Source: Gaiellaceae bacterium
GTDB taxonomy: Bacteria; Actinomycetota; Thermoleophilia; Gaiellales; Gaiellaceae
Assembly (NCBI GenBank): GCA_035640455.1
Contig: DASQWB010000032.1
Coordinates: 7,189-71,188, forward strand
Reading direction: 5' to 3'
DNA: 64,000 nt
In this document: piece after piece, positions 51,483 to 60,179 of the stretch
Layout of the letters: each line of letters starts with the position of its first letter
How positions within the stretch are numbered: position 1 is the first letter of the stretch
Notes under the pieces: model-generated
Databases searched by the model: none
Told to the model about the DNA's origin: nothing
The model's input: only the letters and a program-made list of their open reading frames with translations
Position numbers and translations under genes: made by a program

Positions 51483-52718
51483 ATGCTGCGGCGCTTCTTC
51501 AGGGTCCGTGTCGGGCGGCCACGCTTTCCCGAAGGCGAGGTCGTACCCTGGGGCGGGATCGCGTTCGTGGGCGCGACCTGCTCGCTTGCGCTGGGCCTCG
51601 TGCTCGCGTCGGCCGGGCACGCGTCGACTCGGCACTGGCAGGCGATCACCGTGCTCACGGTCCTGGCGGCCCTGACGCCGCTCTTCACCGTCTACGGGCC
51701 GGCGTTCACCGTCTACGACACCGCGTCGGTCTTCGTCGTCGCGGCCGCTCTGCTCGCCTCGCCCGTGGTGGCCGCGCTGGTGGGGCTCCCCGCCTGCCTC
51801 GTCGACGCGGTGCGGCGTCGCATCTCCGTCGTCTCGCTCGCGCACAACTCGGCCGCGCTCGCGCTCGCCGCCTTCACGACCTCGCTGCTGGCCCAAGCCT
51901 TGGCGGGGCTTCCGCCCGTGCCGCGGGCGCTCGTCCTGCTCGGCGCGATCGGTTGCTACGCCTGGATCATCACCGGCGCGGATGCCCTTTTCGGCTGCTT
52001 CGCCCGCGGCAGCTCGCGACCGCGGCTCCCCATGGCGGCCCTCGCCGCCGAGGCGGCTCTGGCCTCGATCGGCGTCGGCTTCGCCGCGCTCCTGGCGGAG
52101 GATCCTTGGCGGGCGCCGTTCGCGCTCGCGCCCGTGCTCTTCATCCATCGTCTCCAGCGCCTGCCGGCGCTCGAGGAGGAAGCGGCGACAGATGCGAAGA
52201 CGGGCCTCCTCAACATGCGCTGCTTCGAGCGCGAGCTCGAGCGGCTCTGCACGGGCGGGCAGCTCGCGCGACCGCTGAGCCTGCTCGTGATCGACCTCGA
52301 CCACCTACGCGAGATCAACAACCGCTTCGGCCATCTTGCCGGCGACGCCGTCATTCGTGCCGTCGCCCGACTCATCGACGGAGAGCTGCGTCCGGCCGAT
52401 CGCGCGGCCCGGTTCGGCGGCGAGGAGTTCGTCGTCGCGATCCCCGAGATCGCTCCGGAGGACGCGGTCGCGGTTGCGGGCCGTCTGCGCGAGGCCGTCG
52501 CGTCGTCGCTCTTCAACGCGAACGATCCCCCGCTCACCTGCCGTGCGACCGTGTCGATCGGCGTCGCGCACGCACCGGGAGACGCGACGACGCCGCGCGA
52601 GCTGCTTCACGCCGCCGACCTCGCCGTCCTCCAGGCGAAGCTGCTCGGGCGGAACCGCGTGGTCGAGCGGCGAGAGCTGGAGGCAGCGACGGCCGAACAG
52701 ACGAGCGGCTCGGCCTAG
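51483..52718 (+). CDS. membrane-bound diguanylate cyclase (GGDEF)
   Basis: N-terminal TM domain, then DLDHLREINNRFGHLAGD and RFGGEEFVV (GGEEF). Its stop TAG lies in the CTAG end of element B. Confidence 0.8.
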   Translation: MLRRFFRVRVGRPRFPEGEVVPWGGIAFVGATCSLALGLVLASAGHASTRHWQAITVLTVLAALTPLFTVYGPAFTVYDTASVFVVAAALLASPVVAALVGLPACLVDAVRRRISVVSLAHNSAALALAAFTTSLLAQALAGLPPVPRALVLLGAIGCYAWIITGADALFGCFARGSSRPRLPMAALAAEAALASIGVGFAALLAEDPWRAPFALAPVLFIHRLQRLPALEEEAATDAKTGLLNMRCFERELERLCTGGQLARPLSLLVIDLDHLREINNRFGHLAGDAVIRAVARLIDGELRPADRAARFGGEEFVVAIPEIAPEDAVAVAGRLREAVASSLFNANDPPLTCRATVSIGVAHAPGDATTPRELLHAADLAVLQAKLLGRNRVVERRELEAATAEQTSGSA

Positions 52719-52882
52719 GAGGGTCCGGCGAAACGGCCTTCGTCGGCCGGGCCGTGATGCTCGTTCCGAGGCAAGGACGCAGGGAGCGTCGATAGCAGCG
52801 CTATCGGCGCGACTGAGGACGCCGCATCGGGACGAGCAGCGCGGCGCGGACGGCACAAGGGTGTTTCGCCGGCCCCTCCTAG
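52715..52882 (+). repeat. family-1 long-hairpin element, copy B
   Basis: Arms CTAGGAGGGTCCGGCGAAAC / GTTTCGCCGGCCCCTCCTAG. It exactly fills the gap between two convergent genes. Confidence 0.65.
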
Positions 52883-52883
52883 C

Positions 52884-54128
52884 TCAGCCGGCTTCCACGA
52901 CGCGGGCGATCGTCTTCGTCGCCAGCGCGTCGAGCGCTCGCACCGAGAGCTCCAGGTGCTCCGGCTTCGTGTCCTCGAGCTTCGTGTGCGAGAGGCCGCG
53001 GAGCGACTGGACGAAGAGCATCACGGTCGGCACCCCGGCGCGCGCGACCTCGGCCGCGTCGTGGAGCGGGCCGCTCGGCAGCCGGTGCGACTGGCCCGCC
53101 ACCTCGCGCACCGCCTCGTCCGCGAGCTCGATCAGCGCCTCGTCGAAGAGGATCGGCTCGATGTTCCAGATCCGCTCCCACTCGACGTCGATGTTCTCCT
53201 CTTGCGCGAAGCGCTTCGATGCGCGCTTCGCCTCGTCGAGCATCGCCGCGAGTTTCTCCGCGTCGAGGTGCCGCTGGTCGAGGAGGCACTCGGCGGTCTC
53301 GACGACCGAGGTGACGATGCCCGGCTTCGTGACCACGCCGCCCATCGTGCAGACCGCGCCGCCGCCCGTCCGCTTCGCGATCTCGCGGATCTCGAGCTCG
53401 AGCTTCGCGGCCCCCGCGAGCGCGTCGCGGCGCTTGTCCATCGGGGTCGATCCCGCGTGCGCGGCCTGGCCGCGGAAGGTGACCTGGTGGCGTTCGACGC
53501 CGAAGGTGCCGAGGACGACGCCGAGCGGCAGCTCCATCGACTCGAGCACCGGCCCTTGCTCGATGTGCAGCTCGAGGTAGGCCGCGGCGCCGTCGAGCTG
53601 GCGCCGGGCCTCCGTCGCGCGGTCGAGGACGACGCCGTGCCGGCCCACGACCTCCGGCAGCGCGTTCCCGTCGGCGTCGCGCCGCTCGCGCAGCTCGTCC
53701 TGGTCGGCCATCGAGCCGGCCGCCGCGCTCGAGCCGAAGAGCGAGCGGCCGAAGCGCGCCCCCTCCTCGTCGGCCCAGTTCACGAGCCGGACCGTCGCCG
53801 CCGGTTGCCCCTCCTCCGCGAGCCGCCGCAGCACCTCCACGCCGGCCATGACGTTCAGCGCCCCGTCGAGCCAGCCGCCGTTCGGCACCGAGTCGATGTG
53901 CCCGCCGATCAGGACGGCCCGGTCGGAGTCGCCGTGCAGCGTCCACCACTGGTTCGCGGCCTCGTCCTCTGCGAGCTCCAGCGGCAGCCCGGAGAGCTTG
54001 TCGGTGAACCACTCGCGGGCGCGTACCCATGTGTCCGTCCAGGCCACGCGCTGGGCGCCGTTCTCGTCGCTGGTCAGCTCCTGGAGCTCACGCAGCTCGG
54101 CCACGGTGCGCGACGGCGTGAGAGGCAC
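52884..54128 (-). CDS. M20-family amidase (N-carbamoyl-amino-acid / allantoate amidohydrolase type)
   Basis: 414 aa with GGHIDSVPNGGWLDGALNV and HAGSTPM motifs. Confidence 0.85.
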   Translation of the reverse strand: MPLTPSRTVAELRELQELTSDENGAQRVAWTDTWVRAREWFTDKLSGLPLELAEDEAANQWWTLHGDSDRAVLIGGHIDSVPNGGWLDGALNVMAGVEVLRRLAEEGQPAATVRLVNWADEEGARFGRSLFGSSAAAGSMADQDELRERRDADGNALPEVVGRHGVVLDRATEARRQLDGAAAYLELHIEQGPVLESMELPLGVVLGTFGVERHQVTFRGQAAHAGSTPMDKRRDALAGAAKLELEIREIAKRTGGGAVCTMGGVVTKPGIVTSVVETAECLLDQRHLDAEKLAAMLDEAKRASKRFAQEENIDVEWERIWNIEPILFDEALIELADEAVREVAGQSHRLPSGPLHDAAEVARAGVPTVMLFVQSLRGLSHTKLEDTKPEHLELSVRALDALATKTIARVVEAG

Positions 54129-54156
54129 GGCGGGATCGTAAACGTGGTACGAAATA

Positions 54157-55044
54157 GTGGTGGCGACGGTCGCTCATGCTGGCCGGCTGCGGGTCGGGCG
54201 AGAGACCGCGTGGGCCGACGCCGTCAGGCGCGTCGCTCTGCTGCCGGTGGTGCTCGCCGTCCTCTGGGGGCTCTGGGAGGGCTACCGGGCCCTCTGGATC
54301 GAGACCGGCTGGACGTGGCCGTTCAGGGTCGACGACACGGCCATGCCGCACATCCACGCGATCCTCGCCCAGCTGTTCGAGCCGTCGAGGCTGAACGGCC
54401 CGACGCTCATCCACGTCCTCTTCGACGCCGCGCTCTTCACGGCGAAGGAAGCGGCCGTCGGCTTCGCGATCGGCGCCTCGGTCGGCTTCCTGCTCGCCGT
54501 CGTCCTCGTCCACTCGCGACTCCTCGAACGAGGCCTCCTGCCCTACATCGTGGCCTCGCAGACGATCCCGCTCCTCGCGATCGCGCCGATGGTCGTCGTC
54601 GGGCTCGGCAGCAAAGGCGTGACGGGCTGGGTGTCGGTCTCGGTCACGGCCGCGTACCTCACCTTCTTCCCGGTCACGATCAACGCGCTGCGCGGGCTAC
54701 AGTCGGCCGACGCGCGGGCGCTCGAGCTGATGCGCTCGTACGCCGCAAATCGCCGCGCGATCCTCTGGAAGGTGCGCGTGCCGGCCTCCCTCCCCTACCT
54801 CTTCGCCGCGCTCAAGATCTCCGCGACCGCGAGCGTCGTCGGTGCGATCATCAGCGAGCTTCCCTCCGGGATCCAGGACGGACTCGGCGGCGCGATCCTC
54901 AACTTCAACCAGTACTACATCTCCGAGCCGAAGAACCTCTGGGCCACGAACCTCGTCGCCGCGCTGCTCGGGATCCTCTTCTTTCTCGCCGTCGTCGTCG
55001 CCGAGAAGCTCGTCGTCCGCCGCGCGCCGGAGCACGTCGCATGA
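54157..55044 (+). CDS. ABC transporter permease (NitT/TauT family)
   Basis: 295 aa and six TM helices, with the EAA-loop region ELMRSYAANRRAILWKVRVPASLPYLF. Confidence 0.8.
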   Translation: MVATVAHAGRLRVGRETAWADAVRRVALLPVVLAVLWGLWEGYRALWIETGWTWPFRVDDTAMPHIHAILAQLFEPSRLNGPTLIHVLFDAALFTAKEAAVGFAIGASVGFLLAVVLVHSRLLERGLLPYIVASQTIPLLAIAPMVVVGLGSKGVTGWVSVSVTAAYLTFFPVTINALRGLQSADARALELMRSYAANRRAILWKVRVPASLPYLFAALKISATASVVGAIISELPSGIQDGLGGAILNFNQYYISEPKNLWATNLVAALLGILFFLAVVVAEKLVVRRAPEHVA

Positions 55045-55874
55045 GCTCCCCCGAGACCGTCGTCTCGCTGCGTGGCGTCGCCAAGACCTTCGCCAAAGGA
55101 CAGGTCACCGCCCTTCACGCAATCGACCTCGAGGTTCGCCCGCGCGAGTTCGTCTCGTTGATCGGCCCGTCCGGCTGCGGCAAGTCGACGCTGCTCCGGA
55201 TCGTCGGCGACCTCATCGAGCCGACGAGCGGCGACGTGGTCGTGAACGGCAAGCCGGCGCACCGGGCGCGGCTCGACCGCGACTACGGGATCGTCTTCCA
55301 GGATCCGGTCCTCTACGACTGGCGGACGGTCTCGAAGAACGTCGCGCTGCCGCTCGAGATGCTCGGCTGGAGCCGCAGGCGCCGGAGCGAGCGCGTGCGG
55401 GAGATGATGGAGCTCGTCGAGCTGACGGGGTTCGAGAACCACCACCCGTGGCAGCTCTCGGGCGGGATGCAGCAGCGTGTGTCGATCGCACGCGCGCTCT
55501 CCTTCTCGCCCGCCCTCCTGCTCATGGACGAGCCGTTCGGGGCGCTCGACGAGATGACCCGCGAGCGCCTGAACATGGAGCTGCTGCGCATCTGGGAGGC
55601 GAGCGGCGCCACGGTGATCTTCGTCACGCACTCGATCCCCGAAGCCGTCTTCCTCTCGACGCGAGTCGTCGTCATGTCGGCGCGGCCGGGACGCATCTCC
55701 GGCATCGTCGAGGTCGACCTTCCGTACCCCCGCACCGCGCACACACGCGAGGAGCCGCGCTTCTTCGAGCTCGTCACCGAGGTCCGCGAGGGGCTCGCCG
55801 CCGGCCGCCTGCCGGTCGACGAGGAGGCCCAGGCCGAGGAGGAGCTCCTGATCGTCGAGGAGGAATCCGGCTGA
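55041..55874 (+). CDS. ABC transporter ATP-binding protein
   Basis: GPSGCGKST, LSGGMQQRVSIARAL and LLMDEPFGALD motifs. ATGA overlap with the permease gene. Confidence 0.9.
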   Translation: MSSPETVVSLRGVAKTFAKGQVTALHAIDLEVRPREFVSLIGPSGCGKSTLLRIVGDLIEPTSGDVVVNGKPAHRARLDRDYGIVFQDPVLYDWRTVSKNVALPLEMLGWSRRRRSERVREMMELVELTGFENHHPWQLSGGMQQRVSIARALSFSPALLLMDEPFGALDEMTRERLNMELLRIWEASGATVIFVTHSIPEAVFLSTRVVVMSARPGRISGIVEVDLPYPRTAHTREEPRFFELVTEVREGLAAGRLPVDEEAQAEEELLIVEEESG

Positions 55875-56698
55875 CGACGCTCGCCGAGCCGGTCCCGCGC
55901 GGGACGCTCGTCCGCGGCATCGGCCGCCGGACGCGCGACTGGGTTCCGGCGCTCGTCGTCTTCGGCCTCGGCATCGCCGCGTGGCAGTGGCTCCTGCCCG
56001 CGCTCGGCGTGCAGAAGTTCCTGCTCCCGAGGTTCTCCGATGTCGCGACGACGTTCTGGGACGACCGGGCCCAGCTCTGGAGCGAGGGCTGGTTCACCTT
56101 CAAGGAGGCGCTCGGCGGCTTCGGCATGGGGTGCGGCCTCGCCGTCCTCGTCGCGCTCGTGCTCGCCCGCTGGCGGCCGCTCGGAGCGGCCGTGATGCCG
56201 TATGCGGTTGCCGCCAACGCCGTGCCGATCATCGCGTTCGCTCCGATCACGAACAACTGGTTCGGCGCGCTGAACCCACACTCGAAGATGGTGATCGCCG
56301 GAATCCTCTGCTTCTTCCCGGTGCTCGTGAACACCCTCCGCGGGCTCACCTCGGTCCATCCGTCGGCGATCGAGCTGATGCACTCGTACGCGGCCGGCCA
56401 CGTCGAGATCTTCCGGCGCGTGCGCATCCCGAGCTCGCTGCCGTACCTCTTCACAGGCTTGAAGGTGGCGAGCGTCCTTGCCATGATCGGCGCGATCGTT
56501 GGGGATTTCTTCGGCGGTTCGGCTGAGACGCTCGGGGTGCAGATCTACAGCTCGACGCAGATCTTCGAGTTCGAGAAGGCTTGGGCGGCGATCATGGTCG
56601 CGAGCATCCTCGGCATCGCCTTCTACGGAGCGGTTGCCCTCGCGGAGCGGCTCGCGCTGAGACAGCACCCGTCGACGAGTGCCGGGCGACAGGAATAG
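55871..56698 (+). CDS. ABC transporter permease 2 (NitT/TauT family), start uncertain
   Basis: TM1 WVPALVVFGLGIAAWQWLL is encoded before the first canonical start codon. In-frame CTG 55871 overlaps the ATPase TGA. EAA-loop region ELMHSYAAGHVEIFRRVRIPSSLPYLF. Confidence 0.75.
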   Translation: MTTLAEPVPRGTLVRGIGRRTRDWVPALVVFGLGIAAWQWLLPALGVQKFLLPRFSDVATTFWDDRAQLWSEGWFTFKEALGGFGMGCGLAVLVALVLARWRPLGAAVMPYAVAANAVPIIAFAPITNNWFGALNPHSKMVIAGILCFFPVLVNTLRGLTSVHPSAIELMHSYAAGHVEIFRRVRIPSSLPYLFTGLKVASVLAMIGAIVGDFFGGSAETLGVQIYSSTQIFEFEKAWAAIMVASILGIAFYGAVALAERLALRQHPSTSAGRQE

Positions 56699-56721
56699 GC
56701 CGGGCGGAGGGAGGTCGGTAG

Positions 56722-57843
56722 ATGAAGGTACGGAAGCGCTACGTGTTGGCAGGACTGGTGCTTGCAGGCGCCGTCGCCGCGGCGGCGCTCGGCGTGGCCA
56801 GCTCGAGCGGAGGCGGCAAGCGCGCCACGAAGGACAAGGTCACGCTCCAGCTCAAGTGGGTGACGCAGGCGCAGTTCGCGGGCTACTACGCGGCGAAGGC
56901 GAAGGGCTACTACGCGAAGCAGGGCCTCGACGTCAACCTCAAGGTCGGCGGACCGAACATCACGCCCGAGGTCGTCGTCGCGAGCGGGCAGGCTCAGTTC
57001 GGGATCGACTGGCAGGGCAGCCTGCTCTCGACGCGCGACAAGGGCGGCAAGATCATCAACATCGGCCAGGTCTACACCCGGAGCGGCACGACGGAGCTGA
57101 CCTGGAAGGACACCGGGCTGAACAGCTTCTGCAAGCTGCGACGCAAGAAGGTCGGCGTGTGGATCGGCGGCAACGAGTTCGAGCAGTACGCCGCGCTGCG
57201 GAAGTGCGGGATCGACCCGAACAACAAGGGCCAGGTCACGATCTTCGCGCAGCCGTTCGACATGCAGGCCTTCCTCAACCGGCAGATCGACGCCGCCTCG
57301 GCGATGACGTACAACGAGCTCGCGCAGGTGCTCGAGACGAAGAACCCGAAGACCGGGAAGCTCTACCGGCTCAAGGAGCTGAACGTCTTCAAGTACGAGA
57401 AGCTCGGGACGGGGATGCTGCAAGACGCCGTCTTCGTCCGCGACAGCTGGATCAAGGACAAGAAGAACCAGGACATCGCTCGCCGGTTCCTCCAGGCCTC
57501 GTTCCAGGGCTGGATCTACTGCCGTGACCACTACAGGGCGTGCGTGAACATCGTGCTCGCGAACGGCCCGACCCTCGGCCGCGGCCACCAGACCTGGCAG
57601 ATGAACGAGGTGAACAAGCTCATCTGGCCGGCGAAGCTCGGCATCGGCGTGATCAGCCCCGCCGCCGCGAGGCGGACCGTGGCCGTCGCGCGGCAGGGCA
57701 AGCTGATCACGAAGGCGCCCACGACCTGGTACCGCGCCGACCTCGCGAAGAAGGCGGTCGCGAACCTGAAGCGGCAGGGGCTCGACGTGTACGGCAAGCG
57801 CTGGAAGCCGGCTGTCGTCCACGTGACGCCCGGGGGGAAGTAG
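56722..57843 (+). CDS. ABC transporter substrate-binding protein (NMT1/THI5-like)
   Basis: Signal peptide followed by VTLQLKWVTQAQFAGYYAAKAKGYY. Confidence 0.8.
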   Translation: MKVRKRYVLAGLVLAGAVAAAALGVASSSGGGKRATKDKVTLQLKWVTQAQFAGYYAAKAKGYYAKQGLDVNLKVGGPNITPEVVVASGQAQFGIDWQGSLLSTRDKGGKIINIGQVYTRSGTTELTWKDTGLNSFCKLRRKKVGVWIGGNEFEQYAALRKCGIDPNNKGQVTIFAQPFDMQAFLNRQIDAASAMTYNELAQVLETKNPKTGKLYRLKELNVFKYEKLGTGMLQDAVFVRDSWIKDKKNQDIARRFLQASFQGWIYCRDHYRACVNIVLANGPTLGRGHQTWQMNEVNKLIWPAKLGIGVISPAAARRTVAVARQGKLITKAPTTWYRADLAKKAVANLKRQGLDVYGKRWKPAVVHVTPGGK

Positions 57844-57873
57844 CAAGACCGAGACCGAGAAGGGAGATCCGCC

Positions 57874-59289
57874 ATGTCCGTTCTGATCAAAGGCGGCCGA
57901 GTCCTGACCGCCGCCGACGACTACGTCGCCGATGTCTACGTCGAGGGCGAGCGGATCTCCCTGATCGGGGAGTCGCTCGACGTGCACGCCGACCGGGTCG
58001 TCGACGCGTCCGGGAAGTACGTGCTGCCGGGCTGCGTCGACCCGCACACCCATCTCGACATGCCCTTCGGAGGCACCGTCACGATCGACGATGTCGAGTC
58101 GGGCCAGCGGGCGGCCGCGGCCGGCGGCACGACCTGCCACGTCGACTTCGTCATCCAGCCGAAGGGCGCCACGTTCGCCGACGCGCTCGAGGAGTGGCGC
58201 GGGAAGGCGAACGGCAAGCAGGTGATCGACATGGGCTACCACATGGCCGTCACCGACCTGAAGGAGGGCGGCACGCTCGAGGAGCTCGCCGGCCTGCCCG
58301 ACCAGGGCGTCACCTCGTACAAGCTGTTCATGGCCTACAAGGGCGCGCTCATGGTCGACGACGAGACGCTCTTCCGCACGATGGAGGTCGCGGCCGAGAC
58401 CGGCGCGCTCGTCATGGTGCACGCGGAGAACGGCGACGCCATCGACGTGCTCGTGAAGCAGGCGCTCGCCGAGGGGAAGACCGACCCGATCTGGCACGCG
58501 CGGACACGTCCTCCCGAGACGGAGGGCGAGGCGACGAACCGCGCGATTCAGCTCGCCCGCGTCGCCGGCTGCGCGCTCTACGTCGTCCACGTCTCGTGCC
58601 AGGAGGCGGTCGAGCCGATCCAGCTCGCCCGCGAGAAGGGCTGGAACGTGCACGGCGAGACGTGCACGCAGTACTTCTTCGTCGACGAGACGTTCCTCGA
58701 GCGGCCGAGCTTCGAGGGCGCGAAGTACGTCTACACGCCGCCGCCGCGGGCAAAGGCGAACCAGGACGTGCTCTGGAACGCCGTGCGCACCGACACGCTG
58801 AGTGTCATCTCGACCGACCACTGCGCCTTCCTCTGGGACGGCCAGAAGACGCTCGGCCGCGACGACTTCTCGAAGATCCCGAACGGCGGGCCGGGCCTCG
58901 AGAACCGGCTGCACATGATCCACGAGTTCGGCGTCCGCGCCGGCCGGATCTCGCTCAACCGCATGGTCGAGCTCCTCTGCACGAACCCGGCGAAGCTCTT
59001 CGGGCTCTACCCGCGCAAGGGCACGATCGCGGTCGGCTCCGACGCCGACGTCGTCGTCTTCGACCCCGAAAAGCGGCACACGATCACGGCCGCGAGCCAG
59101 TACTCGAAGACGGACTACAACCTCTACGAGGGAACGGAGGTGACGGGCGCGCCGGAACTCGTGCTGTTGCGCGGCAACGTCCTCTTCGAGGGCGACGAGG
59201 TCGTCGCGCAGCCGGGGATCGGGCAGTTCGTCGAGCGGGCGCGCTTCGGCGAGGAGCTGCGGCCCGCACGGCCGGCGATGACGGCCTGA
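57874..59289 (+). CDS. dihydropyrimidinase / D-hydantoinase
   Basis: LPGCVDPHTHLDMPFGG, SYKLFMAYKG, MVHAENGD and STDHCAF motifs. Confidence 0.9.
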   Translation: MSVLIKGGRVLTAADDYVADVYVEGERISLIGESLDVHADRVVDASGKYVLPGCVDPHTHLDMPFGGTVTIDDVESGQRAAAAGGTTCHVDFVIQPKGATFADALEEWRGKANGKQVIDMGYHMAVTDLKEGGTLEELAGLPDQGVTSYKLFMAYKGALMVDDETLFRTMEVAAETGALVMVHAENGDAIDVLVKQALAEGKTDPIWHARTRPPETEGEATNRAIQLARVAGCALYVVHVSCQEAVEPIQLAREKGWNVHGETCTQYFFVDETFLERPSFEGAKYVYTPPPRAKANQDVLWNAVRTDTLSVISTDHCAFLWDGQKTLGRDDFSKIPNGGPGLENRLHMIHEFGVRAGRISLNRMVELLCTNPAKLFGLYPRKGTIAVGSDADVVVFDPEKRHTITAASQYSKTDYNLYEGTEVTGAPELVLLRGNVLFEGDEVVAQPGIGQFVERARFGEELRPARPAMTA

Positions 59290-60176
59290 CGCCGCTCCGG
59301 ATCGGGCTCGTCGGTTGCGGGCGCATCGCCGAGCGCGGTTGGATTCCCGCGCTCGAACGAAGCGTGGCCGCGCGGCTCGCGGCGGTGGCCGATGTCGACC
59401 CGGCGCGCTGCGCGGCGGTCGCACCGGACGTCCCGGCGTACGAGGACGCTGACGCGCTCGTCGCGGCCGGCGGCGTCGACGCGGTCGTCGTCGCGACACC
59501 GGTCGACGCGCATCTCGCCGATGCGCGGGCGGCGGCCGCCGCGGGGCTGCCGACCCTCGTCGAGAAGCCGCCGGCGCGGGACGCCGCCGAGGCGCGAGCC
59601 CTCGCCGACCTCGACCCGCCGCCCTGGATCGGCTTCAACCGGCGCTTCGACCCAGCGCTCCGCCGTCCCCACGCCGAGGGGCGCCTGGACCTGCGGCTCG
59701 CCCTGCATTACCGGCGCGCCTCGTGGCGGCCCCTCCAGGTCTTCGATGAGGCGCTGCTCGACCTCGGCCCGCACACCGTCGATCTCGCGCGGTGGTTCGC
59801 TCGCTCGCCGGTCCGGCGGGTTCGGACAGACGTCCTTACCCCCGCTCGGTGCGAGCTCGAGCTCGAGCTCGAGACCGGCCGCGCCGTACTCTCGTGCGCA
59901 AGCGACCGCGTGTTCCGCGAGGTCGTCGACGTCCGCGCGGCCGGGTCCTCGGTCGTGCGTGTCACCCGCGGCGGCCTGCGAGCGGCGGTGCTCGCGCGAC
60001 TTCGGCTCGCCGACGAGCACGTCCTCGTCGACTCGCTCGCTGCGGAGCTCGAGGCCTTCCGCGGCGCCGTCCGCGGGAACGGCGACGGGGCGCTCGCGAC
60101 GGCCGCGGACGGCGTCGCAGCGATGGAGGCGATTGACGCGGCTCGGCGCTCCGCCGGCGCGTGGGTCGACGTCTGA
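59286..60176 (+). CDS. Gfo/Idh/MocA-family oxidoreductase, start uncertain
   Basis: Rossmann N-terminus LRIGLVGCGRIAERGWIPAL and EKPPA motif. No canonical start lies upstream of the GxGxxG. CTG 59286 overlaps the hydantoinase TGA. Confidence 0.65.
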   Translation: MTPLRIGLVGCGRIAERGWIPALERSVAARLAAVADVDPARCAAVAPDVPAYEDADALVAAGGVDAVVVATPVDAHLADARAAAAAGLPTLVEKPPARDAAEARALADLDPPPWIGFNRRFDPALRRPHAEGRLDLRLALHYRRASWRPLQVFDEALLDLGPHTVDLARWFARSPVRRVRTDVLTPARCELELELETGRAVLSCASDRVFREVVDVRAAGSSVVRVTRGGLRAAVLARLRLADEHVLVDSLAAELEAFRGAVRGNGDGALATAADGVAAMEAIDAARRSAGAWVDV

Positions 60177-60179
60177 CCC

